Source of the DNA: Moniliella sp. 'wahieum'
Taxonomy: Eukaryota
Length of the DNA: 64,000 bases
Assembly (NCBI GenBank): GCA_003971905.1
Contig: RSEE01000007.1
Coordinates: 248,001 to 312,000, forward strand
Direction: 5' to 3'
Part shown: positions 51,323 to 64,000 of the stretch, piece by piece
Layout: the number at the start of each line of letters is the position of its first letter
How positions within the stretch are numbered: position 1 is the first letter of the stretch
The notes under the pieces: generated by a model
What the model was told of the DNA's origin: nothing
Databases searched by the model: none
Seen by the model: only the letters and a program-made list of their open reading frames with translations
Program-made: the position numbers and the translations under genes

Positions 51323-53061
51323 ATGGAGGCCATGCTGCGTGCCGAGCTCAAGCAGTGGCGCCGCGCCTTCCGCGCCGAGGTTGTGCCCCCTTCGCCTCCG
51401 CCGCCACGCGCACGCACACTGACACTGACGCTGATCCTGCCCGGCCACCCAGCATGGCCGCGACCCGCCCGGGCCGACATTGAGCAGCATGCCCACATGC
51501 GCTCCGTCTACGCCACCTGGCTGGCCCTCCAGCCCACCAGTAGCCGCCCCCGCCCCTCCAAATCCCCATCGCAATCCAAATCCCAATCCCAGTCCCAGTC
51601 TCAATCCCAGTCTCAATCCAGTCTCAATCCCAATCCCAATCAATCTCATGCTCAGCCCCCTCCCCAGCCACCACGCACCACGCACGCCACGCACGCCACG
51701 CCAGTCGACACGCGTCCTCGCTGCCGCCTCCCCCGGCGCCCCCACCCCTTCGCCTCCGCCTCCACTCCCGGCCAGCCCCATCCCCGCCCCGCTCCCGCCG
51801 TGACGCCCAGGGCAAACACCGCCTTCACCCGCGCACCAAGGCGCGCAAACGTCTGCGTGGCGAGCCCGTCCACGCACGCCTGTCCACAAGCGTCCGCGCG
51901 TTGACCTAGACCAACAACTCGGCCCCACCCGCCACCCAACCCGCCGCGCCTGCTTTCCCGCGGCGGAGGCCAGCTTGTGCCGGGGCCCCGCCGCCCACCT
52001 CACCCTCCTCCCACCGCCTCGTCCTCCCCTGCCCCACGTGGTGGTAAGCATGACGAAGAGCAAGGCAAGTTTAACTCTGAATATGAGGAAGAGGAAGAGG
52101 AAGAGGACGAAGAGGAATCCGAAGAAGAAGACGAACCTATCGAAACGGATCAAGGAGAAGAAGATCATTATGACAAGGTGCAGCATGGCCCGTCTGCCGT
52201 CCCCTTGGACCCAGTGGATGCCACCTTGGACACAGAGGACGATGGCCTAATCGTTCCTGACCCCCTCGATATGGAAACGGAGAGGGAGGAAGAAGAAGAA
52301 GAGGAGGGGGAGGAGCCACTGCAGTTCCAGGATGACCAGGTGACCCTCCAGATGGGTCGATTCCGCCGACTGAAACGGTTGGACTCCCTTCCTCAACCCG
52401 ACGAGCTTGAATGGACGTTGGGCATGGCGGCCTTCTCCGTCTCCTCCTCCTAGGTGTCCCGATCGCACTCGGGACGGGACCCGACGATCAAAGAGGTCCC
52501 CGAACCAGATTCGCCTCGCCCACCGCAACAGATTCCACCACCCCACCGACCACCACGACCGTGGTGGGAGATGAAGTACAGCACTACTTCATCGCCTTGA
52601 TTTGAGTTCCCACCGCCTCACCTCGGCGGCACGCACGCGCCCACCTTCGTCGTGAAACCCAACGCTGCGTCGAGCAGTTGCTCGTGCCTGCGAATTGCGC
52701 CCGGCTGCGTTGCCCCCAAGACCTCCTCCCAAAGTGAAGGGCAACCGCCGTGCCGCTTGGTCGCCATGGCTGCGGCCGAGGCCGAAGTAGCAGCCGAAGC
52801 AGAGGCAGCCGCCACCCAAACTCGCGCCCAGGCCAATGCCCAAGCTCAATCTCTAGGGGCGGGCGAAACGGAGTTGGTTTTTGTTACACCCGACGCCCCG
52901 GCAGTCTCTAGTTCTGTTTTTCCCGCTCAGGTCGGGTGGGTATGGCGGACGCCGAGGATACCCCCGAGGCCGAGGTCGACTCGGACGAGTGGGCGAGCGA
53001 GGTGGAAGATGATGAAAAGGGATGGGGCGATGGCGGGATGGATTGGGGGGATGTGTTGTAG
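51323..53061 (+). CDS. SLD2: DNA replication regulator Sld2/Drc1-like
   Basis: MEAMLRAELKQWRRAFRAE|intron|HGRDP-RADIEQHAHMRSVYATWLAL matches the Sld2/RecQ4 N-terminal domain; S/T-P-rich and acidic remainder ending DDEKGWGDGGMDWGDVL*. Confidence 0.72.
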
Positions 53062-53244
53062 CTACGTGCGTATCTACCTCTTCTCAGTTTCTGCCTCTGC
53101 CTCCTCTCTGCCTCTTTTTGTCTTCCCCTCGCGTCGCGCGTCTCGCGCATGTTTCTCTATACAAAAATGGCATGCACAATCTCGAGGCTTGGTGTTTGTG
53201 GTTGGTTGGGTCATGGGTCATAACATTGTTTTCGTTTGTTTGTC

Positions 53245-54133
53245 TCATCGTAAGTTGGTTACCGCACGAGTACGCAGGCTCAGGGGTGGCAGTTCCTCTC
53301 CGCTCGACGGCCGCGTTGGCCGAGTGCCGTGCTGGTGCAGCGCAGCATCCAACCCCTTGTAAGCATCGGCATAGCCCGCCCTAACTGAAGAGGAGGAGGA
53401 GGAGGCAACCAGTCGCTCCGCCTCCCCACGCCCTTCGGACGGGAGCGGCGGGCCAACACACGAAGCGCACGAAGGTGTGTGTCCTTCCCATTCAAATGGT
53501 TGGCATAGATACAGACTTGGAGTTGGTACACCCAGATGGGACGGGGGGCGCAAGAAGACCTCCTGTATCCCCCGCCCCTGTCCCTGCTTCGGCACCTGCC
53601 TCAGTCCCTGCCTCGGTCCCTGCAGCTTCGGCCCCAGCTTCGGATCCACCGGAAAGGGGGAAATGTACCCACCCTTTGCTTGGACCGAGATCACGTCGAC
53701 ATACTTCCGCTAGATCGTGGAAGTAGGTGCCAGCCTTGACGCCGATCCTCGTGGGGGTGTAGGAATCGTCAAGTGTCGCGTCTAGGTACACCGATACGTG
53801 CTACAGCCCGTCAGTTTGGGGAAACAAGGGAAGGGGGGAAACCAGGAGAAGTAGGGGGGCAAGGGGAAAGCATGCCAAAGAAGACAACAAAAGACGTACA
53901 GTCACAGCGGTTCGGCATGGAAAGAGGATATCCACCACGTGCGGTTGCACCCCATCCGATTGCCAGAGTTGGGTTAGGTCGGGATCGCGCAATGCCGCCA
54001 CCCCGGCCCCGGGCTTGTGCGAGCTCAGTTTCCATTCCGTGCCAGGGATCGAGCCTACATCCCGCTTGTTGCCCAACTCGTTGACGGAGAACACCCCGCC
54101 ATCGCTTAAATAGGTCACGCCGGGTACACTCAT
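53245..54133 (-). CDS. APC10: Anaphase-promoting complex subunit 10
   Basis: WKLSSHKPGAGVAALRD...WQSDGVQPH|intron|VYLDATLDDSYTPTRI-VKAGT-FHDL...GWVH...LQVCIYANHLNGKDTHLR; C-terminal LR tail. Confidence 0.93.
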
Positions 54134-55021
54134 CGGCTCGGCTCGGCTCGTTTGGGTGGTTGGATGGGTGCAGTGGTGGTGGGACGGGGGAAAAAGCGGA
54201 AATTCAGTTGCATCGAATAAATAAGGGTATTTTTGTGACTTCTCTGACTTGGGTTGGTATCGATTAGATTAATTGCTTCGATCGGCAGCTATTGGGACTG
54301 CTTGGCGTGGTACGCCCACCAGCGGGAAAGAAGACGGCAAAGAGCACGTGCCAGGGGTATCGAGCATGAACATTCTCGCCACTGCGGTCGGCCCATGGAG
54401 GAGATACGATCGCAGCATGCCAATCTAAGATCTAACTGCATACTAGCGCTCCCTGTACCGGCACCATGTTCTACCCCGCGCCCCGGCCCTCGGCTTGGAT
54501 GTGACCTATAGGATCAGGCCGGGTTGACCACTCCATTCACCGACCGTACAACCGCTCCCCGCCTGTTGATGGTGGGTATACAGCAGAAGACGATGGCCTC
54601 ACCCTTAAGCCGAATACCCACCCACGGCAGATGCTGTGGAGAATGATCCAGTTGGCGACAGGCAGGGCAGCGGCAGTGGTCGCGAGCAGCGTCTGATCCA
54701 GCACGAGCGCAAGGAGCCAGCCGATGGATGGGAATGCGCCCTCGACTCCTTTTGCGATTGGGCAGTCGCACAGCCGTCGCTGGCGGCGGAAAAGAAGAAC
54801 CGAGGCGCTCCAGCAAAAAGTGCAACATTTCAGTGCCTGCGTGGAGCCTCCGGGGCGCACACTGGCGCCGAGCCTGGGTGCGGCATGTGGCTTGGCGGGC
54901 GATTGGATGTGGCGCGCATGTGGTCTTTGCTTCGCACCACCTCCACCACTACCACCCTCCTAACCCCTTTCCCCCTCCCCCTCGGTCACGCCTGGTGCGT
55001 CCGACTCGCATTAGCTGCTGT

Positions 55022-56774
55022 GATGGCCACCCGCCGGTCGTTCCGCCACTCGCGCTCTGCCTCGACGCGTGCGTCGGTCCACGATGTGGCCTTGCTCTTC
55101 GCCCCTCCCTCCTCCCCCACCCACGCCAAGCGCGCGAGCCGCCATGAACGCCACGCTAGTCTCGCTGGCCAGCAGGACCTGGCCAGCATCCCCGGTAGCT
55201 ACTCCTCTGCCGATCAGCGCAAGTCCCTCCGTCTTTCCCGAGGATCTTCTGTGGCCAGCGCGTCGGTTTTGTTTGCTGCCTATGCCCAACAGCCCTTCCT
55301 CACCACCGCCAGTGAAGCCGAGTTGGACCAGGGCGATCGCCAATCCGCTTTGGACAAACTCGAAGGCCGCTCCCTACGCAACTCGCTGGTCGAGCCCGCA
55401 CAAGACAACCAACCGCACACCGATGCCGTACCAGCCGCTGCTGTTGCTGCTGATCCAGCCCCATTGCCTCCGTCTGCACAGGGACTTCACACCCTGGTTG
55501 AAGAAGAGGAAGAAGATGACGAGGACGATAACCAAGAAAAGCAAGAGCGGGGACCGTCTCGGTCAGCTCCACTTATCTTTCTCTCGCCCGCGCTCTCGCG
55601 TCACTCCCCTCGCCTTAACCCGGGACCATGCTCACCTACAAGCCCGCCTTGAGCAAAATGAAGGGAGCATGCTACCCAAGTCCAAACCTGGAAACAGGAA
55701 CGGGAGCAGATGGCCGCGCGCATTCAGTCACTCGAAGGGTCGTTGAAGCAGGCCCTGACCCTCCAAGAGTCAAGCAGTACCAAGTCCGAACAGTTGGAAG
55801 AGCTCCTCACGCTTACCCAGAACGAGCGGGATACGTATCTGGATGATATTGGTGGTTGGAGGCAACGTTGTGCTGATCTGGAGGGCAAGCTCGCTGCTGA
55901 AACGAACCGGGCTGATGACCAAGCTCGTCTCCGTGCGGGTCTCGCTGCCAAGGCACTGAAAATGACCAGCCTCCTTCCGGCTGGCAGTGTCCCACCTGAA
56001 CTCACCCCGGCCGAGTTGAGTCCGGCCTTGGTGTCTCTCCCGCGACGGTGCGAGCGCTCCTCCTCCTCTTCCACGCTTCCGGAGCCCATTCCGGTTCCTG
56101 TCGGTCCTTCTCCCGAGGCCACTGTCCAGCTCCTGGGCGCCATGCGCCAGCAAATCCTCTCCCTTGCCCGCACCCTCACCAATGAGCGAGAGGAACGTGC
56201 GAACTCCCATCCGCCTCTCCTCGGATCCACCCGAAGGTCCCGCGCCAGCAGTTCCACCACCTCAACCGCCTCGTCGGGATCGGAGTCAGACCTTCATCTC
56301 TCCATTCTCGACCGTGCCCACCAGCCGGGATGGAAGCACATCCTCTTTCTGCTTTGAATCCAAGGCAACCCAGAAGACGCCGCTCTCGTCTGGTGCCACA
56401 AGCACCCGTCCCTTCCCAGAGAGAAGGACTTTTGCCCCCACTGGACGTTTGCCTCGGCTACTGTTCACCCCGTCCAGGTCATGGTATCTTTCCCCTCCCC
56501 GGGACGGAGGGAGAAGATGTGTTTCAACTTGGCCAAGAGTTGACGCTGCCCCCACTGTCGAGGGAAGCAAAAGACTTGCCTCCCTTGGCACCAGCAGGGA
56601 GTCTATTGGAACTCACCTCGCTCGCCCTCCAAGGATTGGGAGGGTACTTCTTCTCATCCGCCTCTCACACTTCTACGCCCCGTAACCACCTGCCCGGCAT
56701 GGACTCTCGTCCCCGACCGCGTTCGCGGCTGTCACGCCATGCACGCGACCAAGGGCGACGTTGTCTTCATTTAA
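55022..56774 (+). CDS. Hypothetical coiled-coil protein
   Basis: Overlapping frames with Ser-rich N-terminus, heptad segment (LEELLTLTQNERDTYLDDIGGWRQRCADLEGKL), ending GDVVFI*. Confidence 0.6.
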
Positions 56775-57037
56775 TTTCCTTCGCTGTCTGTTTCGCTGGT
56801 CGAAACGACAAAAACTTTCTTTGCTTGGATCGTTTGCTCCGTACTTTCTCTTCCTTCCCTTTCCATACAACTCATTTCGCCTGCTTTCATACGCTTCTTG
56901 CACTACCCCGTTCTCCACAATGTTACCCTTCTTCCTTTTTCTACATTTTTCTTGTCCCATTCACCTTGACCTTCCAACGATGTTTTATGTTCACGGGTGT
57001 AGTTAGCTTAGTACAAGCCATAACATCCTACATAGTA

Positions 57038-59069
57038 TTAGGCAGTGCGGGGCTTCTTCGTCTCGCCCTCATGGTTAGGGGAGGCCTTGCGTTTCCGCGG
57101 CTCTTCCGGCAAAACCACCACCACGTCCCCCTCCTCTCCTGCCGACTCAATCCCCGAGTCGCCGCTCTCTTCCTCCTCGGCGGGAGGAGCGGGCTTCTTC
57201 TTGAGTCCAGCCACATCAAGGTGGAGGAGCTGCACAGGCACGGTCAGCGTCGCGTCCACGGCTACAAACAGGTGGGTCGCCGCCAACGGCTCATCCCGCT
57301 CGTCTGTGATTGTCAGCAGCGAGTTGGCCGGCACTTGGAGAGAGGTCAAGCTTCGAGGCAAGTTGTCGTCCATATCCACATCCAGCAAAAGACGCGTGCC
57401 ATTGTACACGCCCACCTCCCATTCTTCCTCCTCGTTGCGCTCGATCCCCAGCCCGCCTTCCGCTTGGGGACCCAAGGCCACCGTCAACACTTGCCCCAAG
57501 GTAACATCCAGGGATTGCACCTTGAGCAGCGCATAATTTTCTCCGCACGTAGGACAATGGGGGTTGGGCTTGGCGGGCTTCGCGCCACTCAGAAGCCGAT
57601 TGCCCATCCGCGTCAGGTGCACGTACCGCCCTTGCTCACCCTTGAGCACAGCAATGGCCTGCATAACCAGCTGCGCCGCCACCACCGCGTTGGTCGAAGC
57701 AATGGCAGGGATAATGTTGCCAGCCATCTCCTTGGTCTCGAAACGCGTCTTACGTTGAATCCCATACACCCATCCACGTAGGTTGGCCGCCGCAAACACA
57801 AAGTCCATCACGTCATCATCGTCCTTGTCAAACGTAATTGGCTCCGGGTCGGCTTGCTTCCGGGCAGTCAAGCGAGCAAGGCTAGTGGTAAGAGGGACAG
57901 ATGAAGGTTAGCTCATGCGCCTGCACGCACAACAAGTTCCTGCTCAAAACATTATCGATGGCAACGTACGAAGACTGAATACTTCAACCGTCTGGTCTAA
58001 ACTAAGCGTCTGGTGATCCTTCAGTCCCTGGGTCGGGGTGGAATCCGTCGATGGGGTAGCAGACCAGCTCAATGGAGTGGGCTTTGTACGCCCTGCCCAC
58101 ATGGTCGTTCGAGCTAACAGACGCTCCACGTCCGTCACATACAGCTTGGTCAGCACTCGCTCCGCTGCCCCAGGTTCCGTCAACTTTTCGCGCACCGCAA
58201 GCATCTCGCCACTTTCGGCTTGCAACTTGCTAATCTCCGCTGCATTCTCCCCATTGGCCAAAGCCTTTTTCAGCTCCTGTGCTTCGGTCTCATCGTCTGC
58301 TCCAAACAGCTGACTGGGAATAGGTGACCTACGCGTTAGCTTGGACTCCAATACAAATACAACGAGGGGGGGGGGGGGTACGTACGGAAGCAACCAGCTC
58401 TTGGCCCAGACGATGGTGTGGATTGGCTGGCTGGGGGTGGAGCGGATGGTGCAGACGGGATAGGACTTGGGCGTAGGCTTGGGCGTGCAGTCGTAACATT
58501 CGGTCTGATAGGGCAGGATGGGTTGGACCTGGCCCCAGAAGCCAGTGGTGCCCGACTCGAGGAGCGGGTGCGGGTCGCGACGCACAGACGATTCACCCAC
58601 CTACGCGCCTCGAGGTTGTCCAGCGCATTGAGCACCAGGTCAAACTGAGCAATCCACTCGTACCCATACTGGGGGCCAAAATCGTGTCATGATGCGCCGT
58701 AATGGACATGGCAGGATTGAACTGCAACACGGTGCTTTGGCAACAAGAGCTTTGGGTTGGCCAATGTGTTGCTTCTGGAAAAGAAACTGGCGGTTGAGGT
58801 TCGAGAGGTCGATTGTGTCCAAGTCAATCTGTTCAAGGGGGTTCACGTCAGTAACCGACACGGGACGCACGAAGTAGAAATGTGCACCAAAGAGAACAAC
58901 GTACAATGTCAATCACGCCCATACCCACCATGGCCAAGTTCTTCAGCAGCTCGCATCCAATCCCGCCGGCACCCACGACAAGGATGTGCGCGTTCTTAAT
59001 ACGAGCAGCTTCTGGGCGCCAAAGAGGGCAGACACATGTGCGTCGCGCGCGTCGTCGACGGGTGGGCAT
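57038..59069 (-). CDS. UBA2: SUMO-activating enzyme E1 subunit Uba2
   Basis: [107 protein letters not shown]. Confidence 0.96.
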
Positions 59070-60488
59070 GGGAGAAGCAGGTAGTGGAGCGTGCGCGAGG
59101 GCGGTGGTGTGGTTTGGTTACGCTGGGCGCGACGCGATGCTCGGGGAGCCGCTGCTGAGCTAAGCAGAAGCATCTGGTGTAACCCTGTTTCGGTGCAATC
59201 CCCAGCAGTAACCGGTAACCCTACAGCGGCCGCGGAGAAGCAGTACGCCCTGATGAGACTAAGGCACTGTGGCTGTGTATCGAGAGGCAGTCATTTAACT
59301 TCCTTCTGGACACTCTATACTTCCCGCATGCCGAGCGACGCGGCGGCCAGCGCGTCCGCCAAACCCCCCACCCCTTTCGGCGGAGCAGCCACACCTAACC
59401 CAGAAGCGCTTGTTGGTCCGGCTGGCTGGCGGTTGCAATGCTTCTGTAAGTGTCGTAGGCTGCTTCAGATCACTAGCACACGCCCCCCCGAGATCTATCA
59501 TCAGCCTCTCGTTCCGGAGGTATAAATACAAGCCTTTTCTCCCGCACCGAGAGAGTGAGCAAAGTGACCGCCACTATCCATTTCCTTTCCTTTGTTCCTT
59601 CATCGCCCTCCTGCCTCTCATCCCCGAGTTCTCCCCCGATTTAGTGGAAAGCCAACCCGTTCCCCTCTGTCCGGCCCACTTGGATCTCCCGATTCGCCCT
59701 ATCTCTTCTCTCTTCCTTTAATTTCTTTCAAGAGCGGTCCATATGTTGGCTGTATGTCACTCTTTGTAGAGGCCAGCAACAATCCCAAGTACACCATGTA
59801 CATTCATCTATACATTTCTGTGACGCCACACTGGTGTAGTAGCGCCGGTAGCCCAAGTCCGGAACCTTCTGGTTTGTTCCGTGCAATATTCCTTCCTGGC
59901 TGGCAGGAATATTCTCTAGCCTCTGTAGCTCATGTGCAATGCAATTCACTACCAACTGCCTGTCCTCTGGTCTTCAACAATTTCTTGCGACAATTCCAAA
60001 AACAGTGCGCCACCAGGAATCGTAGTCATATGAGGAAGGGGGGGTTTGGTTGGATATGCATCTATGGACGGACTGAAAACAGAAGCTAAGGAGGATCGTA
60101 TTAGGTCTTGTTGAGTTGGAACATACTGGTGCTCTGCTCCCAGCCGGGCTGCCAGCTATGCTGACAGCCAGCGTATGTTCTGCAACCTAGATTGATGGGC
60201 GGTGGTCAATGAAATCAAGGGCCTCTCAGCCACAATCCACGCAATACTTCTACCGGCCTCATCACGTGCTAGTACATCCTCTGATGGGTACCCAGTAACC
60301 TCTCGATATCATTCCTAGCGTCAACCTCTCCCCCCCCGGTACATTCCCTCCCCCCCCTGTGAACTATCAGGAAAGAGAAACTTTGAGGAAGTATAGGCAT
60401 TCCTCATGTTTCTCATCGCGTTTGCCTCTGCTATGCGCCTTTTCCTCCTTCTTACGTCACTCGCACCACACCTCTCATTCTGCTTCGG

Positions 60489-62414
60489 ATGGAGCAGACT
60501 GACCTAACAGTCATACCATTCACAGAGCGTAACATTCTTCCGGCAAGCGAATCCCCCATTACGTTCCGCTCTCGTTGGTCTGAATGGTCATACTTGTCAC
60601 GGGCCAAGGCGGGATGGCAAGCCCGGCGGCGCCGGCGTGCGCCCTTCGCCATCCTAACCCCGTCCCAGTTGGTCAATGGTTCGGATCCGACCTGATCCGA
60701 TCTGCAAGCTGAGGCCTGTCTGCTCGATCTGATCAAAGTGCCCGCTCCCAAGTCTTATTCCAAGTCCACCTCGTGGTTGGCGCAAACGCCAGCGCGATTA
60801 TCAAGTCTACGTACTCAGCGACAATAGTCGCCTTCCGCCTCAGTGAATTGAGAACCTCTCAGTTTCGTCGCTCCCCGCTCCCCCTTGTGTTTCTTGCGAC
60901 GCTAGTCGCCCCGTGCTTGTTGATCTTACTCTCGTGTCTGATAGCGACGCTAGTCGCCCCATGCCTGTTTCTCTTACCTTTCTAGGCTGTCCGTGCGACA
61001 GCCGTCCCCTTTGTTCTCTCCCCTGTTCCCCGTTCCCCCTCTGTTGCCTTGTTTCCCTTTTAGTCCCCCTGCCTGTTAGCAATGGTTCGTGGCTTTCCCC
61101 CACGGTCCATCTTCGTCAACCTTCGTACCCTTGCCTCCTCGCCTGTTCACCCTTTCACCCCCTGCCCGCTTTTCGCCAATTGATTCAGTACAGGCAACTC
61201 CTCCCGCTCTTAGTCGCCTCTCGACTCCCGGCGTAGATCGCCAGCCCTCGTCCTCGTCCTCAGCACTCAGTACTCAGTACTCAGTTCCCCTAGTCCGCGT
61301 GAGCCCTCCTCGTGCCGCGCCTCGGTCCCGCCCAGTTTAGCCGCGTGTGATACTGTCCTCCGCCACGCCGCTCCCCGTCTTAGCCCAGCCTCAGTTCAGC
61401 AGCGTGGGTCCTCCGCTGCCTTCCCCTTGCCCGAGCCCGAAGGCTTCAGACACGCTACTGCCCGCCCAAGCCGGTGCTACGCAGCCTTGCCACACTTGCA
61501 GCCGCCTCTGCTATACGCCGAGAGGCCTCTCCTTGTCCCTAGCTCCGCAGCGGACCCACCAACCAGCCCAAGCGCGTAACTACCGTGAGTCGTCCTTAGG
61601 ACCCCAAGGGATTGTACCCCTTAAAACCCCCGGGGCGGGCCCCCAGGTGGCGCCCGCCCCATGACAATACTAGTAGTGACGGAACGAAACCCCAAAAACC
61701 CGCCCAAATCTCCTTTCTCGAACGAGATGGCTTCAGTTATGGAAATGACTTCTCACGTGTGCTGTCGTTTTTGCGACTGCGGACGGCAATGGAGGGGTAC
61801 AAATACATTGGCGGAGACGTGACTGACTGTTTGGTACGTATACGAGGCTCTAATGGTATTGTGTTGAGTGTGCATCAAGGCGACTGACTAACTGGCGAAC
61901 ACATTAAGACGGAAGGGAATCTACGTTCAAGCGTCGAAGCAAGGCACAAAGTCGATCACTAGCTGGATATGGCCGTCCAGAACGACGGTCGGGTCGACCG
62001 AGCAAGACAGACGGGGTGGACGACAAGTCTTTGAAGGACGCCACCTTTCTCTTGTCTAAGTACCGCAAGATTCTGGAGGACTCGGCAGGGACAAGCAATA
62101 ACAAGAAACGTAAGAGGCCACTCCCCAATTTCATCTCCGGGCCCGGGAGCTGCTGGATGAGTTCAGGAAAGACGTAATGGGACGTCGGCGGTGGAGCGCT
62201 ACGTGCTTAACCACTTTGTCAACTGTGCCTCTCCCCACACCGCGACATCCTGTGCGACTTGCTGAATTTGCCTTTGCCACAGGACTGGCCGGTCGAGGGC
62301 GATAATGTCCCATCGACGGACGACATTGTGCGGGCAGTATCGGCATATAGCGATGGAGATGGTTCCAAATGGGCTACGAATGATGTTATGATAAGTTCTT
62401 GTATCCACCATTGA
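60489..62414 (+). other. Fragmented orphan coding-like region with a plausible intron (about 61834-61907)
   Basis: Protein-like stretches (QISFLERDGFSYGNDFSRVLSFLRL; KDATFLLSKYRKILED...KKRKRP; RDILCDLLNLPLPQDWP), no recognisable family. Confidence 0.3.
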
Positions 62415-62639
62415 TGTATACTCTTCAAGCTTTTCACCATCAGAGTCTACAAGTGTTTTTGACGGCTCTTCGTGTTTAAACAGACGTACGAATATTGGGT
62501 CAATTGATCGCGTCCACAGAGCTAGTGCTTTATGGTGAAACGGTCTAGGTGTCTACTTAGAGAGAACCGCAAGTTCGATTCAGCCTTCATTTTAACATGG
62601 ATCGAGGCTGGCCGCTATTCACAATGTTGCGAAATAGAG

Positions 62640-62897
62640 TGGCGGGCAAGATTGCGACTAGAAAATGGCGGACAAGGTTCGCTATACTAGAACGGCGGGC
62701 AAGGTTGCGACGAGCTTTATAGGGCACAATCTGGCAACAACCTCGCTGGGCAACCTTGGGACAACCTGGTCCAGCAGGTTGTGGCTAGCAGTCCTGGCGA
62801 GGCGCGACAAGATTGTGCCCCTCAAATCTATCGGCGAGCTTATGGCGAGGCCCGCAAGGCCCGATACGTTGTGGGCCAGAAATTTCGATTAACTATG
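62640..62897 (-). mobile_element. Terminus and subterminal repeats of the same CATAG TIR family
   Basis: CCAGAAATTTCGATTAACTATG (62876-62897) is 21/22 identical to 42663-42684; adjacent about 90 bp matches 40248-40339; about 26-bp repeats ggcgggcaag(g/a)ttgcgac. Confidence 0.7.
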
Positions 62898-63371
62898 CTC
62901 TCTGTGTTGTCTGTCTACCCTATATGGTTATCGGTCCCAGTGGCGCTGCTCCCCTGCGCCTTTCTGCGTGGAAGCTGTGCTTGGGCTGTATCTATCCGCT
63001 CTGTATAATACCTTTTTTCACCTTTTCGCCGTTAGGATGTGTACATTCCCCCCACTCTGAGATACAATAGGACAAGGAACGAGATGACCGTTACACCGTA
63101 CCCACGCCCCCAAAAGAGCAGGCCACCATCACACCTCTCATTGCCGGAGAGCGCTCACTTGTCGTGCAGCGTGCGCTATTAGTGCTACGAGCTACCGTGA
63201 CAGGCGGATTCGAGTCGCGTAGTGATATAAACCAATTCAAATGCACAGGGAAGCGTTGCTATAATGGGGGCGATGCCGGCAGGGAGGTATGGATGAAAAA
63301 CAGAAACATAAGCAAGCCCGCAAGGAGGCTAACGGAGATGAGGATGTTGAGGGGAAGAAAAAGGTACAAGG

Positions 63372-64000
63372 CTAGAGGATGGAGCAAATACCAGGGCCCG
63401 GAATACGGCAAATTATCATGCCTGATTTAACGGACAGAGCGGCGCGGGTGGCCGTTTCAAACACCTCGCGCACGCCCGTCCCCAACTTGGCCGAGCATTC
63501 AATGTAGGCGCGAGCCTTAATTGTGTGTGCCATGTTGCTGCCCTCTTCGAACGTGACTGGGCGTTGGTTGGTGCGTCGCAGTTCCTCCACAATCCGCGGG
63601 TCGTCCCGCAGGTCCTTCTTGCACCCTACCAGCAGGATCGGCAAGTTGACGGAAAAGTGCAGCACCTCCGAGATCCACTTTTCTTGCACATTTCCCAGCG
63701 AGTCGGGACTGTCGATGGCAAAGCAGATGAGAATCACGTGCGAGTCAGGGTAGGAGAGCGGGCGGACGGTCGTAGTCTTCCTGCCCAGCCGTGTCCCAGA
63801 GCGCAAGCTCGACGTGCTTGCCATCGACCTGCACTTCAGCCACTGCAGCCACAACAAGGCGAGACAGCGGGGGCAGAGGGGAGGGGAGGACGTTAGCTCG
63901 CGCGCAAGGATACACCGCATTCAGCAAGAAGCGATCGACTTGCCATAGTTCTACAAAGTCAGCCAGAGCGTGCGTCAGTCCTCTCTTCCCTGCATGCAGG
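63372..64000 (-). CDS. RHO1: Rho1-family small GTPase, paralog 3 (exon 1 beyond window edge)
   Basis: Microexon AACTATG (NYV) at 63944-63950, GC-AG intron, [24 protein letters not shown], tail [20 protein letters not shown]. Confidence 0.9.

Noticed and set aside
59328..59450. Small + strand ORF (MPSDAAASASAKPP...) with a GTAAGT donor, divergent from UBA2
   Set aside because: Could not build a credible downstream exon or recognise a family.

Overview
GC-rich, gene-dense fungal genomic DNA. It is basidiomycete-like, with short GT-AG introns and CTAAC/CTGAC branch points; protein style suggests Ustilaginomycotina, which is an inference. Nearly every gene, including essential ones, carries 1-2 nt indels, consistent with an unpolished long-read assembly, so CDS spans below are stitched across frameshifts and introns. 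Recognisable genes: TFA2, MCA1, ELG1-like, PUP3, CHK1, a secreted A1 aspartic protease, a MOSC protein, RSM7, cerato-platanin, BMS1, OCA1, PSR1-like, a CBM21 PP1-targeting subunit, a divergent RAD52-family gene, intron-containing tRNA-Phe, a KASH-like protein, a PPR-like protein, SLD2, APC10 and UBA2. Two accessory zones stand out. (1) 33.2-35.5 kb is a non-coding LTR retroelement with three LTRs inside one CACTC target-site duplication; its primer-binding site has the geometry of half-tRNA priming but spells a tRNA-Tyr(GUA) anticodon arm. (2) 38-45 kb and 60-64 kb hold three diverging RHO1 paralogs whose duplication breakpoints coincide to the nucleotide with the CATAG... terminus of a putative TIR transposon; the paralogs differ in a switch-I microexon (Tyr vs His) and in their C-terminal membrane-targeting tails.
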